DNA of 64,000 nucleotides. Source: Fimicolochytrium jonesii. Its lineage: Eukaryota. This document shows, in pieces, positions 53,130 through 64,000 of the stretch (the stretch's first letter is position 1; the number at the start of each line of letters is the position of its first letter). The notes beneath the pieces were generated by a model, which worked only from the letters and a program-made list of their open reading frames with translations, did no database searches and was not told the DNA's origin. The translations under genes were made by a program, and so were the position numbers. The DNA is taken from the NCBI RefSeq assembly GCF_025526975.1, contig NW_026515668.1, forward strand, positions 868,001 through 932,000, read 5' to 3'.

Positions 53130-53183
53130 TTAGGGTTAGGGCTAGGGTTAGGGCTAGGGCTAGGGTTAGGGCTAGGGTTAGGG
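53130..53183 (+). repeat. Interstitial telomeric array: 9 hexamers, mixed TTAGGG/CTAGGG
   Basis: Directly counted; it sits inside one copy of a local duplication. Confidence 0.95.
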
Positions 53184-53619
53184 TTGTATTGTCAGGAATC
53201 GTTGCCAATTTCACAGGGCGTCTTCAGAGTTGTCACTCTACAGTCGTCGCTCTGTGCTCTGGACGATGGGCGCACTCAACACTGGCCGCAGCATCTTTGC
53301 ATTACCAGGTATCGTTGCCAATTTCACAGGGCGTCGCCAGAGTTGTCACTCTACAGTTATCGCTCATCTTGCCGGAAATAAGTGGCCAGAAGTCTGGTTA
53401 CCTCGCCTGTCAATAGTGTCATTCTGTGACATAAGCGCCTGTCAATTTGTCGGAGGGATATTTTTCTCCAAAGAATGCCGATTAAGGAAGCCCCGCAGAC
53501 ATACAGGCACAGCGAGCAAATATCGTTTGGCGCACCACAGTTTGAGAGAGCTCCAGAAGATACGGAGATCCAGTCAAAGCCACTAAGCCAACTCCCACAC
53601 AAACCACAAACTGCCCACC

Positions 53620-54832
53620 ATGTCCGTCGCCATGGGCAGCACCCTCTCCGGCAGCCTGCACACCTCCGCGCACCCCGCCGGGGCCTCCAGCAGCCCCAAA
53701 GCCGCCATGACGGGCCCGCAGCTCGGTCCTCGCCCCGCCTACCTCCGCCACAGCAACCCCAACCTCCGCGGCGGCATCCCGCGCGAGAGCGTCTACGCCC
53801 TCATCGAGCGCGAGGTGGAGCAGGAAGCCAAGCCGCCCCGTTATACGAGCATCTATGCGGAACGGGTGAAGCATGAGTTTGGCGGGAAGAAAAGCGCGGC
53901 TAGTATGGGGCCTGCGGAGGTGCCGAGGCCGGATCCGGAACGGTGGTTGAGGAAGGGGGAGAGGGAGAGGGGGTGGAAGAGTGTTGTGAAGGGTAAGGAA
54001 CTGGGGATTGGATGCTGCTGGGTTTGATTGCGTTTGAGACTGGAGGACTGATTTGATGGGAATATCTTTTGTTTTGCAGTGGAGCCAAATCGCCCGGACT
54101 GGACAAAGCTGAAAGCACCGCTTCCGGACGCCCCGGGCATCATCCCTCGTCCGACGAAGAAGGATTTCATCAAAATCAACGCATTGGACCAAATCAACTC
54201 CAGTAAGGAAACACAACCATATACTTGATGCTTTCCCCTCCGTCAATCCTAACCAGCATGTGCCTAACCATCCATTGCAGGCGCAAAACAACCACCCCGC
54301 CCACCCCCCGCCTACCGCACCAAAAAGGACTACGGCCTCGTGCCCGCCTACCTCACCCCCAGCGACCCCAAACCGCACGCCCCACACGTCGAAAAAGTGC
54401 AGCACATCCAATCGCACCTCAAAAACACGCGGTTCCACCACCACCGCGTGCGTCTCGCGGACGAGCGCGATAATGAGAGCAGTGAAGGGCTTGTGCCGTT
54501 GCCGACGGAAGAGCGGGAGAAGATCTTGGAGGGGTTGAAGGAGCAGTGGAAACGGTTGAATGGGGAGTATCAGAGGTTGAGCTTGACAGTGGATACTGTG
54601 CCGAAGATTGCAAGGTGGGGTTGGAATAAGGGTGTCCATGGGATCTTTTTTGATGATCACGGATTTTTTTTCTGATGCGGGTGATGTGATTCGCAGGAAA
54701 GTGAACATGGAACAGCAACTCCGTCTCCTGGAGAGCAACATCCAGAAGTTCACGCACCCAAAGATTCTTGTTGCGTTCGACGACGTTTACGAGCCTGCGC
54801 TGCCATCTTCGCAAACGGCGCTGCATGCATGA
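53620..54832 (+). CDS. ENKUR: Enkurin (flagellar microtubule inner protein)
   Basis: ESVYALI..KPPRYTSIY..MGPAEVPRPDP, KKDFIKINA, KKDYGLVPAYL, and EEREKILEGLKEQW..YQRLSLTVDTVPK..RKVNMEQQL. Confidence 0.9.
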
Positions 54833-55810
54833 TCTCCACATCATTAACCAAGAAGAAAGGACTCGGGTGGGATCGAACGTATCAATCGTTCGCGGTGCCT
54901 GATGCAAACTGGATGGAGAGTTTTGGAGCGAAAGAAGGGGTGTGTTGGAGTCCCGAGTGGGATTGGACATTGACGTGTGTTTCGGGCGTGTTCCTACATC
55001 TTTACACTTGTACGCTACCATCAATCATATGCGTGATTTTCTTTTCGAAGTGGCGGCTGGGAGTCGTGCGTGGGAGTGACATTATTGTTAAGATAGGATG
55101 TAGGGGTTTTCTGAGATGCATCCTGAGTACGACGGATTGTTGAGCCTCCCTGTGCAACCTGGGAGTCACTGGCCAGAAACCCAGAAGTCACTGGTCAGAA
55201 ACCCAGAAGTAACCGGCCAGCTGTCAGTCTTGCCGTGGGCTAGCGATCCTGCTTGAAAGGGTTTGCGAGGTGTCGGTAACTTGGGCCGATGGCCCTGGTT
55301 GGGATGATGTGTCCGTCGGGCGTCGTAGCCAAATCTCTAGCAGCTTACTAGCCTACTGTAATGCGGACACCAGAGCTCATCAAAGCAATCGATTTTTGGG
55401 TCGGGAGGGCGTCGATGGACGCGATGTTGGGCGTCGATGTTGTCGGGAGGCGCACCAGATCGGCCCGACGGGAAGAAAAGGGGCCCACCGGACGGGGAAG
55501 AGGTTACGATTCTTTCACAGGACAAAACAGTAGGTGGCCAGATATCCGGGTGAATGCCAAGTCCCGCTAGTCCCACACGTCAATTTGCCGCAACGGACAG
55601 CTGTTGTGCAACAGATCGCAGAATCGATGACTTTTGCGCGTTGGGACGGCATCGGTGTGTAAAGAGTGCAATCTGCCGATGGGCGTCCATATGTGCGGGG
55701 GTACGGTACAACAGACTGGGACATGCATGCGGGGCGGAGGGAAGACAGACCAGACAGTACAGTAGCGAGCTTGGGAAGACTGCCAAGGAGGATTCGAGCG
55801 GCACCTCACT

Positions 55811-55855
55811 TCTAACCATAGCCCTAACCCTAACCCTAGCCCTAGCCCTAACCCC
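55811..55855 (-). repeat. Interstitial telomeric array (CCCTAA/CCCTAG) ~100 bp upstream of AP-3 sigma ATG
   Basis: Directly visible. Confidence 0.9.
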
Positions 55856-55951
55856 AAGTGCATGGGCATCGCGGAAGGCTGTTACTCGCGACTTCTGAAC
55901 CCACTTCTGATCCCAACCAGCATCAACTTTACAGGAAAAAGAAAAGCAAAT

Positions 55952-57024
55952 ATGCTCAAGGCCGTAATGATATTTAATAACCACGGGAAGGTGCGTCCTA
56001 CGTTTGTTTGCCCGCCACTTTGCTTCTGAGACTCGCTGAGCCAACTTGAACCAACTGACCTTCCATCTTGCCTTGCAGCCACGGCTCATGCAGTGGTATC
56101 AACAGATGGTATGAGTGGTATCTCTTTATCGCTAGTGATGACCAGATTCAAGCTTACTCTACGCTCTCTCAAAAGGATGTCAAGGTTCAACAGGAAATGT
56201 TGAAGGAAATCTTCCGCCTTGTCAACAAACGGTAGGTCTGGATGCATTCCGAAGACCCTCACGATGGCCGGGACGACTTGGAAGCGGTGTATGTGTGAGC
56301 TGATACTCATGACTTCGAATCGGATAGGCCAGATCATGTGTGCAACTTTCTGGAGGGGAGTGAACTTATTGGCGGCCAGGACACGAAGATAATATATAGG
56401 GTGAGACGAAAGAGTCACATTCGTTGGAAAACGGGCTATCGACTGACTGGTGGCGACGATCTCTCTTCATAGCACTATGCAAGTGAGTATACGGCGACAT
56501 CAGGACATAGCCCGGAATGACATACGTTGCTAATCTAGGAACCAGCGTTGTACTTCGCTTTCGTTGTGGACTCCTCTGAGAGCGAGCTAGGTAAGGAGCT
56601 AGAATGCGTTGTTAGGGTGAAGAATAGCAAGGACACTGCTGACTGATCTCTCTCAGGCATCCTTGATCTGATACAAGTCTTTGTGGAGGCATTGGATAGG
56701 ATATTCTCCAACGTTTGCGAACTGGATTTGATTTTCAGGCCCGATGAGGTACGGTCAGAGATTCATCATCGGACAGGTCTTTATCGGCGTCCTCATCTGC
56801 TTCGCTTCTGCTGCAGGTCTCGCAACTGCTTTCAGAGGTTATTTCGGGAGGGATGGTAAGGTGGTCGATTTGCACACCGGCGTTCCGCTCAGGATGTGTA
56901 CTCCAAAGCTCTTTGCGAGCAGAAAGTTGATCTCCTTTCCTTTCCGACCTTGCAGGTACTGGAGACCAACATCACGGACATCGTTGCATCCGCTGGGATC
57001 AAAAAGATTACATCCGCCAGATGA
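55952..57024 (+). CDS. APS3: AP-3 adaptor complex sigma subunit
   Basis: Spliced MLKAVMIFNNHGK|PRL.., VCNFLEG, IIYR|HYAT|LYFAFVVDSSESELG|ILDLIQVFVEALD..NVCELDLIF, GGM|VLETN; ~9 small exons. Confidence 0.93.
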
Positions 57025-57299
57025 TCCGGACCCACCGTAGGGTGCCTCTCCGTGCGTGGGGTTGCAAGAAGGGCCTGCCCAGGTGTTGGACGAGATGGAT
57101 TGGTTGACGATCAGTTTGGATTGGATAGAACTGCCCTGCCGGGGAGGAAGCTGCGTACTATCCGATGTAACGACCTTCACTACAGGCGCCAAGTGCCGGG
57201 TCGAAAGATGTTCGGGCGGTAACACGGCATAAGAGGGGCTACGCGTTGTGAACCTTTCATATCCGACTAGCAGGGCTCATTCGACAATGTCTGCAGACC

Positions 57300-57430
57300 G
57301 CATCCATGCGTGTCAAAGAGGAATGGTAGGGTAAATTCCGCAAAGGACGCTGGGCAGTTGCGGTACATAAGCCCAGACGGCCCGTCTGACTGTTACCATT
57401 CGGACAACCTGCGCATGAACCTCGGAAGCC
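57300..57430 (-). ncRNA. Candidate Fanzor omegaRNA scaffold
   Basis: Nested inverted repeats downstream of the Fanzor stop: CATGCG/CGCATG, TGTC/GACA, GAATGGTA/TACCATTC, CTGGGC/GCCCAG, CAGACGG/CCGTCTG, CCGCAA/TTGCGG. Confidence 0.4.
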
Positions 57431-57890
57431 TCTATTACTTCCATTATGCCGTGTATCCCCGCTGATGTCAGGACTCGGGACTCAAGGAAGCTGTCTCATC
57501 AGCTTCCAAGTTAGGTTCTGTCGAAGCTCGGCTGGAGTCACTCTCAGGGAGGCTCATCGAGAACATGGCGCCCCTTTCCTTCCCTCTCTCTCGCTTGCGT
57601 TGGCAAGCATCGACTGTGCATACAGTACTTGTCAGCGCCCTCCCGCCCGCCCCTGCGCTGTATTGTATTGTATTCTTTGTCGTGTGGGTTTGCCCACGAC
57701 GCTAATTACAACGCCTACTTCCACCACTCTTCGTACATGTTGTTGCGAGCGCCGGAGTCTAGACCCCCACAGCCTTTTCATCATCCAGAGATACGCAAGT
57801 TGCCATCATCGGCGACGCCTCAGGCAGAGGTACAATGATGTGGATGGCAGATAACCACCACGGAAAATGGGATGGGGTGAGGATTCTAGA

Positions 57891-58816
57891 CTACCTACGG
57901 TTACGGGAGAATGCGTCTGGTCTGCGGCCATTGCCAAACACCACCGAACGCACAATCGAGAGGAAATTCTTGGTGCTTAGGACGTCCCGATTGTGCACTC
58001 TCATCCGTAGTGGTCGTCTTCCAGGAATCTCAAATGGCGTCCAGTCTTGGTTGATACATTCGGGGTTGGGGCAACCCACCAATCCATGGACGAATTCCAT
58101 TCTTCCCTTTTGAGCTTGCCGCGGCCGAGGTGACAGCCGGCGTCAGATGTTTTTCTTCACACGCCCGTGGCAGTCTGGGCACACGGAAGACGTTCGATAC
58201 TCATCTAGCAAGTAGCATGGGATGCTGTTTCTTGCAAAGAGTGTGCGGAATCTGATTTCCATGATGATGAGTTAGCATATTAAAATACATAAAAAACAAT
58301 GATGGTCACTCACCCCTTGGTGTTTGATGACTCCTGAAAGCGCATGGTTTTTCCAGCGTCGCTCCAATCACCCAAGATGACCGCAAAATGCTTTCCATAC
58401 AGGCGTCGCATGTTCTTGATGAGCTTGGTCTCAGACTTTTGCCGCAGTGAGAACGCCTTGAATCTGTGAGCTACGTGAATCGCATTCTGGTAAAACTCAT
58501 CCAGGGCGGGATCTGGGATATGGATGGATGTCAGCCCATGTGTTACCAAAGTTGAAAATCAAAGTTGAAGTAGAACATCATACACGCATGTCAGTGATCC
58601 ACAATGAACGCTGAGAACGCCTCGATTTTCATGCTCTAGTGCGATGGAATATGTGATTCCATCTCAGCGATGCCGGCATTGATCTTTCGCTCCGTCATAT
58701 CTCTCCGAAAGTAACGAGACTTTGTCTTGACCGCCCGTTGATTGGATGTGTATCTGATGGGGTGGTGCATTCTGAGATTACTACTGCCCTGCTATCCCCG
58801 CTATCCCCGCTATCCC

Positions 58817-58847
<31 letters not shown>

Positions 58848-61027
58848 ATTCCCGCTGTCCCCGCTGTCGCCGCTATCCCCGCTGTTGCCGCTGTTGCCGC
58901 TGTCGCCGCTATCCCCGCTGTCCCCGCTGTCCCCGCTGTTGCCGCTATCCCCGCTGTCGCCGCTATCCCCGCTGTCGCCGCTATCCCCGCTGTCGCCGCT
59001 ATCCCCGCTGTCCCGATATCCCGCTGTCCTTGCTGTCGCCGCTGTCCCCGCTGTCACCGTTATCCCCGCTGTCCCGCTATCCCGCTGTCGCCGCTATCCC
59101 CGCTGTCCCGCTATCCCGCTGTCCCCACTGTCGCCGCTGTCCCGCTATCCCGCTGTCCCCGCTGTCGCCGCTGTCCCCATTGGCGCCCTCCTCAACCGTC
59201 CCCGTCCCCGTGCCCACGATCCCCTTCGTTCGACAGACATTCCGCAATCAGCTGAAATGTACCTAAATGGCCGCTCCTTCTTGATGTCTCGACAGAACAA
59301 GAGGTCACGCTTGCCCAGATCAATGCTGACGATGTTTGGAGCCTCCCTTAGTACGGCGATGTGGTGCTCAAAATACAGCTGTTTGACTTCTTCCTGCATT
59401 TGGGCTTTGCTGCGCTTCCGGGCGCGATGGCCGTACTTGAGCCCTGGCTTCTTGAAGTGGATGGTAGCGGAATACCCGTTTGTGCTGATTGACCCATCAA
59501 ATTTGAGACCAAGCTTCTTTCAATGCTTGAAGACCTTGTCCTGCAATCCGTCATTCAGCGAGGTGAGGTGAGTGAAATAAGCGCAGAGGGATAGAGACTT
59601 ACATTCACGTTGAGAAACTGCCCCCACAGCTCCCGCTTGCGTTGATCGGTGAGTTTCCCCATGCGATGGCAGCCCAAGGCCAGGATATGAGTGGTTAGGA
59701 TCTTCGTGTCGATCCAAACAGATGACTGGATTCGAGATTTGCGCAGCGGGATAGCGGAAAACAGCCGCATTCCACGGCGCTCATAGAGGCATGAGAGCTC
59801 ACAATAGGCACCTGTGATGAGGCGAGGCAGGTGCGGACCATGATTAGACAAAAGAGGAACCCGCGGGGAGGGGGGGGCCGGAAATATACTAACTCACCTA
59901 AATATGGCATTGCGTCCACCGCAAGGCTGTATGCAAACGGTTCATCCTGGGGAGGAAACAGAGCCCATAACTCGTCGAGGACAGTCCGCTCAAGTCGTGT
60001 GAGGCGGGCAAACTCCTCTTCGGTTGGAAATCTCTTCAAATGTCGCATACTTTGTAAACTGACGGACACGCCGATAATAGCGTCGCCGCTGCGCTCGGTT
60101 GACTCCGGCACGGAGATGCAGTACGACTTGCTTCAAACCAAGCCTTTCATTGACGTAGCGCAGAAGCATTTGCATGAAATGCTCTTTTACGTTAACTTTG
60201 AGGTTTGTGAGGATGCTCGTAGCCGTGTACGCTGCGGTCTGTTGGCAATTTCGCATGCGGATGGGGGCGAATCCGTGAACATCACAGTAGTCTTGAACCC
60301 ACAGACGCAACTCTTGCGCGATGACTGGATTGCCATTGTAGCCTGGATTGTTTAGCAGCTCAAATATCACACTGATGTGCTTGTCGGTGATGTCCGGGAA
60401 ATCGTGTAGAGGATGATCAGCTGCGGTCAGCAGAGCAGACGTAACAGTCAGGACATTGTTTTATGGCAAATATACAGTGCACCTCAAAAACTCACCAAGG
60501 TAGTACTTGAGAAAGAAGGTGGTGTGGCGCGCAAGGATGTGAACATTGCCGATGAACGTTGTCAGGCGCTCCCTTTGAGCTTGATTTTGATTATGGATTC
60601 GGTGAAGCAAAACCTTGGTGCTGGCATGTGTTTGCGGGCTGGGTCGTTGAACTGGTGGTGGTGGCGGGGGCTCAAGCACCAGGGATCCACCCGGTGTGCT
60701 GGGAAAAAGGAAAGGGATGGGAGCGGGGAGGTTCAACGGGCGCTGCAGACCCCTGTCCGCGGTTGAAAGCCCTCTCTGCGGCTGCTGCTGCTGCCCGTCT
60801 TCATCGCCGGAGCTCTCGCCAACCATGTCTGCAATTGCTTGGGGCAAGTGGCGTTGGACCGAAGGTGGGAACTCGAATTGCGGGGGTTGCAATGGTGTGG
60901 CTGGCAGACGTATGGGCAACCGCAGGGTAACCGGAGTAACCTTCCTCCTCTTCCGCCGCCGTGGTGTGGTTACTCCGGTAAAGATGCCACACCACAGGTG
61001 CCCCTGGAGCGCCTGGTGTGATGACAT
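57891..61027 (-). pseudogene. Fanzor1 (eukaryotic TnpB-like RNA-guided RuvC endonuclease), six introns, inactivated
   Basis: RuvC-I SIDLGKRD; VILGDWS..KG|FRTLF; RuvC-II LLDEYRTSSVCPDC; Zn finger VHGLVGCPNPEC; RuvC-III HNRDVLS. Also TNLKVNVKEHFMQMLLRYVN and FSAIPLRKS..IDT. Four in-frame stops and one frameshift. Confidence 0.92.
58788..59180. repeat. 9-bp-unit minisatellite (CCGCTRTCS) within Fanzor intron 4
   Basis: About 40 tandem units between the GT donor at 59262 and the AG acceptor at 58754 (minus strand). Confidence 0.95.
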
Positions 61028-61239
61028 GATGGCTGTGCTGTGCCTTAAGCCAGCCGAGACGGGTGTTGCAGGTGATTGCCGTGAAGCGTAAGGGGAGAGC
61101 GCGAAGAGTGAGGAAGAGTACGTAGAGTGAGGATCCCCACGTTTTTTATTTACACACGTGTAAAGGATGTGGGGTAGCTTCCAGGGCAGCTAGCTGGGCA
61201 GCTAGGGTACGTAGCTTCTGAGGTTGATTCTAGCTCCTC

Positions 61240-64000
61240 CCACTCCGCCACTTGGCCCCCAATGAACTCGACGAGCTACGGCAGCAACTCGAGCGCCTAT
61301 CATCCCGCAGGTGGATCTCCCACTCAAGAGCCCCTGGGGGGCACCCGTGCTGTTTGCCCCGAAGAAGGACGGTGGCCTCCGCTGCTGCACCGACTACCGG
61401 GCCTTCAACAAGATGACCCATAAGGACGCCACGCCCTTCCCGAACCTCAACGTGCTTCGGGACCGCTTCGTCGGCATGAAGGGCTTCACCGCTATCGACA
61501 TCCGTGATGCCTACCACTGCATCCTCATTCGGGAGGAAGACCGCAAGAAGACTGCCTTCCGGACGCGCTTCGGCCACTTCCAGTACAACGTATTACCCTT
61601 TGGGCTGATGAACGCGCCCGCGACGTTCCAACGCCTCACGAACAAACTCCAGGGCGACAAGTACGATTCATACCTCATCTCTTACCTCGATGACATCCTT
61701 ATTTTCAGCCCCGACATGGACTCACACATCGGGCATGTCACCGAAGTGCTCAAGACCCTCTCGGCTCACCGCCTCCACGTGAAACCGTCCAAATGTCAGT
61801 GGGCAGTGGACCAGGTTGAGTTCTGCGGGCACGTGGTCGGTAAGGACGGCCTTTCCATCGCCCCGTCCAAGGTCGAGGCTGTCCGCGCTTGACCCGAACC
61901 CACCAGCGCCCTTGAGCTCCTCTCCTTCATGGGGCAAATCAACTATGTCAAGGAATACATTCCGCATTATGCTGACACCGCCCTCCCACTGACCAACCTT
62001 CAATCCGGCACCCGCCCGTGGCAGTGGGGCGCCAAGGAACAAGCAGCATTTGACAGCATCAAGGCGCGCGTCGCCGATGCCCCTTGCCTGGCGTTCTTCG
62101 ACCCCGATAAGTTCCCCTACGTCTTCTCTGACGCGTCAGGCTTCGCCGTAGGGGGCTGGATCAGTCAGGCCACGGACGGCGACTTTCCCATGCCGAATCC
62201 ACTGCCCACCACGAAAAAGGGCCTCAATGACCTTCCGCGCCTCTGCGTCATCTCATATGACTCACGCAAGATGGCTCCGGCCGAAACCCGATACCCCGTG
62301 CACGAACAGGAGCTCCTCGCATTGGTCAAAGTGATCCGCGCTAACCGCCACTACCTCATCGGTCGCCAATTCCGTGCATTGGTCGACCACAAATCCCTCA
62401 TATACCTCCAGAATCAGCCTCATCTCTCCCGGCGCCAGGCCGGATGGGTGGAGTTCCTTCAGGACTACGACTTCAATATCGAATACCTCCCCGGCGAGTT
62501 CAATCGCATCGCCGACATACTCAGGCACCCCGCTGTACGCCCTGAAGTGCGCCAGCTGTCAGATGAAGGTCGAAGTGTTCTCCATTGTCACCGGGACACC
62601 TCTACCGGACATCACTGGCCGCCTCCCTACCGACGCCGAGTGGCTCACTGCGCTCGACGATGACAAGTTCTGCAAGGACACCCTCGCCCACCTGCAGACC
62701 ACCGCAACGAACCCCGATGACCCCTCTACCCTCTCGGGTTTTGCCCGCCGCCTCACGCGCGACGACCGCGGCTTCCTTTTGTACCATGGCCGCCGCTACG
62801 TCCCCAAGGGCCTTCGGGGCCCCCTCCTCAGGTTCTATCACGACTCCCTGGCCAACGGCGGCGACTCGGGTGTCCAGCGCACCGTCGCCAAACTCCTCGC
62901 GCTCTACTACTGTCCCCGCCTCGAGCGCAAGGTCCACCATTATGTCCGGACTTGTCCCGACTGCCAACGCAACAAGCAGGCTTCCAACTTCGGGCGCCTA
63001 CGCAGCATTCCGGTCCCCAACGAGCGCTGGCGTTGCGTTGGCTTGGACATCTACTTCCCCACGACGAACTCTAAGGGGGGGGAAGCGGGAGACGAGTCCG
63101 TCATGGACAAGGGAGCCGTCCTCATCCTGGTGGACTACTTATCCAGCCGCGTAATCCTCCTCGAGACCCACCCCAAGGCGACGGCAAAGGAACTCGCCCA
63201 GCTGTTCTTCGACCAGGCCTTCCGCATCACGGGCATGCCCCACACAATCATCAGCGATCGGGACACCAAATGGACCGGCGCCTTTTGGAAGCACCTTCTG
63301 AAGTGCGCCGGCGTAGAGCAGGAACTCTCGTCGGCACGCCACCAACAGACCGACGGCAAGACGGAGAACGTCATCAAGACAATCAAGAAGATGATGGTCC
63401 CCTACCTGAACTACACCGGCTCAAACTGGCGCGAGATGCTTCCCCTCCTCGAGTACAACTACAACAGGACGCCCCAGACCTCCACGGGCATGTCCCCGTA
63501 CGAGATCGACATCGGGTACATCCCAAAGGTACCAGACCAATGGGGACCAGCGACCCAACAGAGCAACTGAAACAGGCCGATCGAAAGTGCATTGAGGAGC
63601 GCATGCAGCAACTGACCGAGGTGAGCCGCATCGTTCAGCACAGACTCCGAGAGGCCCAGGACAGGCAGGCAAGATACTACAACAGGAACAAGAATACGGA
63701 CGCGTTCGTAGTAGGCGACCAGGTCCTGCTGAACCGCGAAGGCATCCAGATCAAGAGTATCTCGGCCCGAAACAAGAAGCTGTCCGCGCTATGGATCGGG
63801 CCCTTCAACGTCAGCAGAAAAAGGCCCCACCCGGACACCTACGAGCTGGAGCTCTCCCACGAGTTCAGTGGACTACACCCGGTGTTCCACGTCAACATCC
63901 TACGCAGGTACAACCCTCCGGAGAACGGCCCATACCGAAAAGTGGACGCACCACCCCCCCCGGAGGAAGTCAGCAGCAAACTCGAACACCGAGTTAAAGA
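61240..64000 (+). mobile_element. Ty3/Gypsy (Tf2/chromovirus-like) pol: RT-RNaseH-integrase, 5'-truncated and degenerate, runs off the window
   Basis: SPWGAPVLF..KKDG, PFGLMNAPATFQ, YLDD, SDASG, HEQELLA, DHKSL, SDRD, HQQTDGKTE, WIGPF, HPVFHV. Stops at 61890-61892 and 63568-63570; frameshift at ~62525. Confidence 0.95.

Noticed and set aside
53482..54753. 423-aa minus-strand ORF
   Set aside because: Antisense shadow of the enkurin gene.
53130..55855. Opposite-orientation telomeric arrays flanking enkurin as the ends of an integrated linear element
   Set aside because: The enclosed gene is a conserved host gene, and similar arrays occur upstream of several other genes.
58695..59571. Collagen-like (GDS)n, (SPL)n and (PRC)n ORFs
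   Set aside because: These are shadow translations of a 9-bp minisatellite lying inside a Fanzor intron.
57891..64000. Fanzor carried by the adjacent Gypsy retroelement
   Set aside because: The Gypsy is 5'-truncated, in the opposite orientation and lacks an enclosing LTR, and the Fanzor retains introns. Adjacency is better explained by TE clustering.

Overview
Gene-dense, intron-rich eukaryotic DNA from a flagellated (zoosporic) fungus, most likely a chytrid. The evidence is short GT-AG introns, fungal housekeeping genes, and the flagellar/centriolar genes enkurin and CCDC77. About 23 host genes can be assembled across introns. They include an MDR enoyl reductase, Eps1-like PDI, Rho, NADP-IDH, TRP4, ARPC1, uL22m, a SAM methyltransferase, CCDC77, OPI3, TRIR-like, C9orf85-like, DPH7, thymidylate synthase, HEM14, MTG1, ACBP, NDUFS8, SF3B5, synaptobrevin, enkurin and AP-3 sigma. 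Accessory DNA contains five things of note. (i) A six-intron, pseudogenised Fanzor1 (eukaryotic TnpB-like RNA-guided nuclease) at ~57.9-61.0 kb, with a highly structured downstream segment that is a candidate omegaRNA. (ii) A decayed multi-exon gene at ~2.9-7.0 kb that appears to fuse a TET/JBP-type 2OG-Fe(II) dioxygenase to a Ulp1/C48 peptidase. (iii) Ty3/Gypsy remnants. (iv) TTAGGG/CTAGGG arrays lying mostly upstream of genes. (v) A set of long GAGCG-rich introns that share motifs across unrelated genes. All family assignments come from motif recognition by eye; no searches were run.
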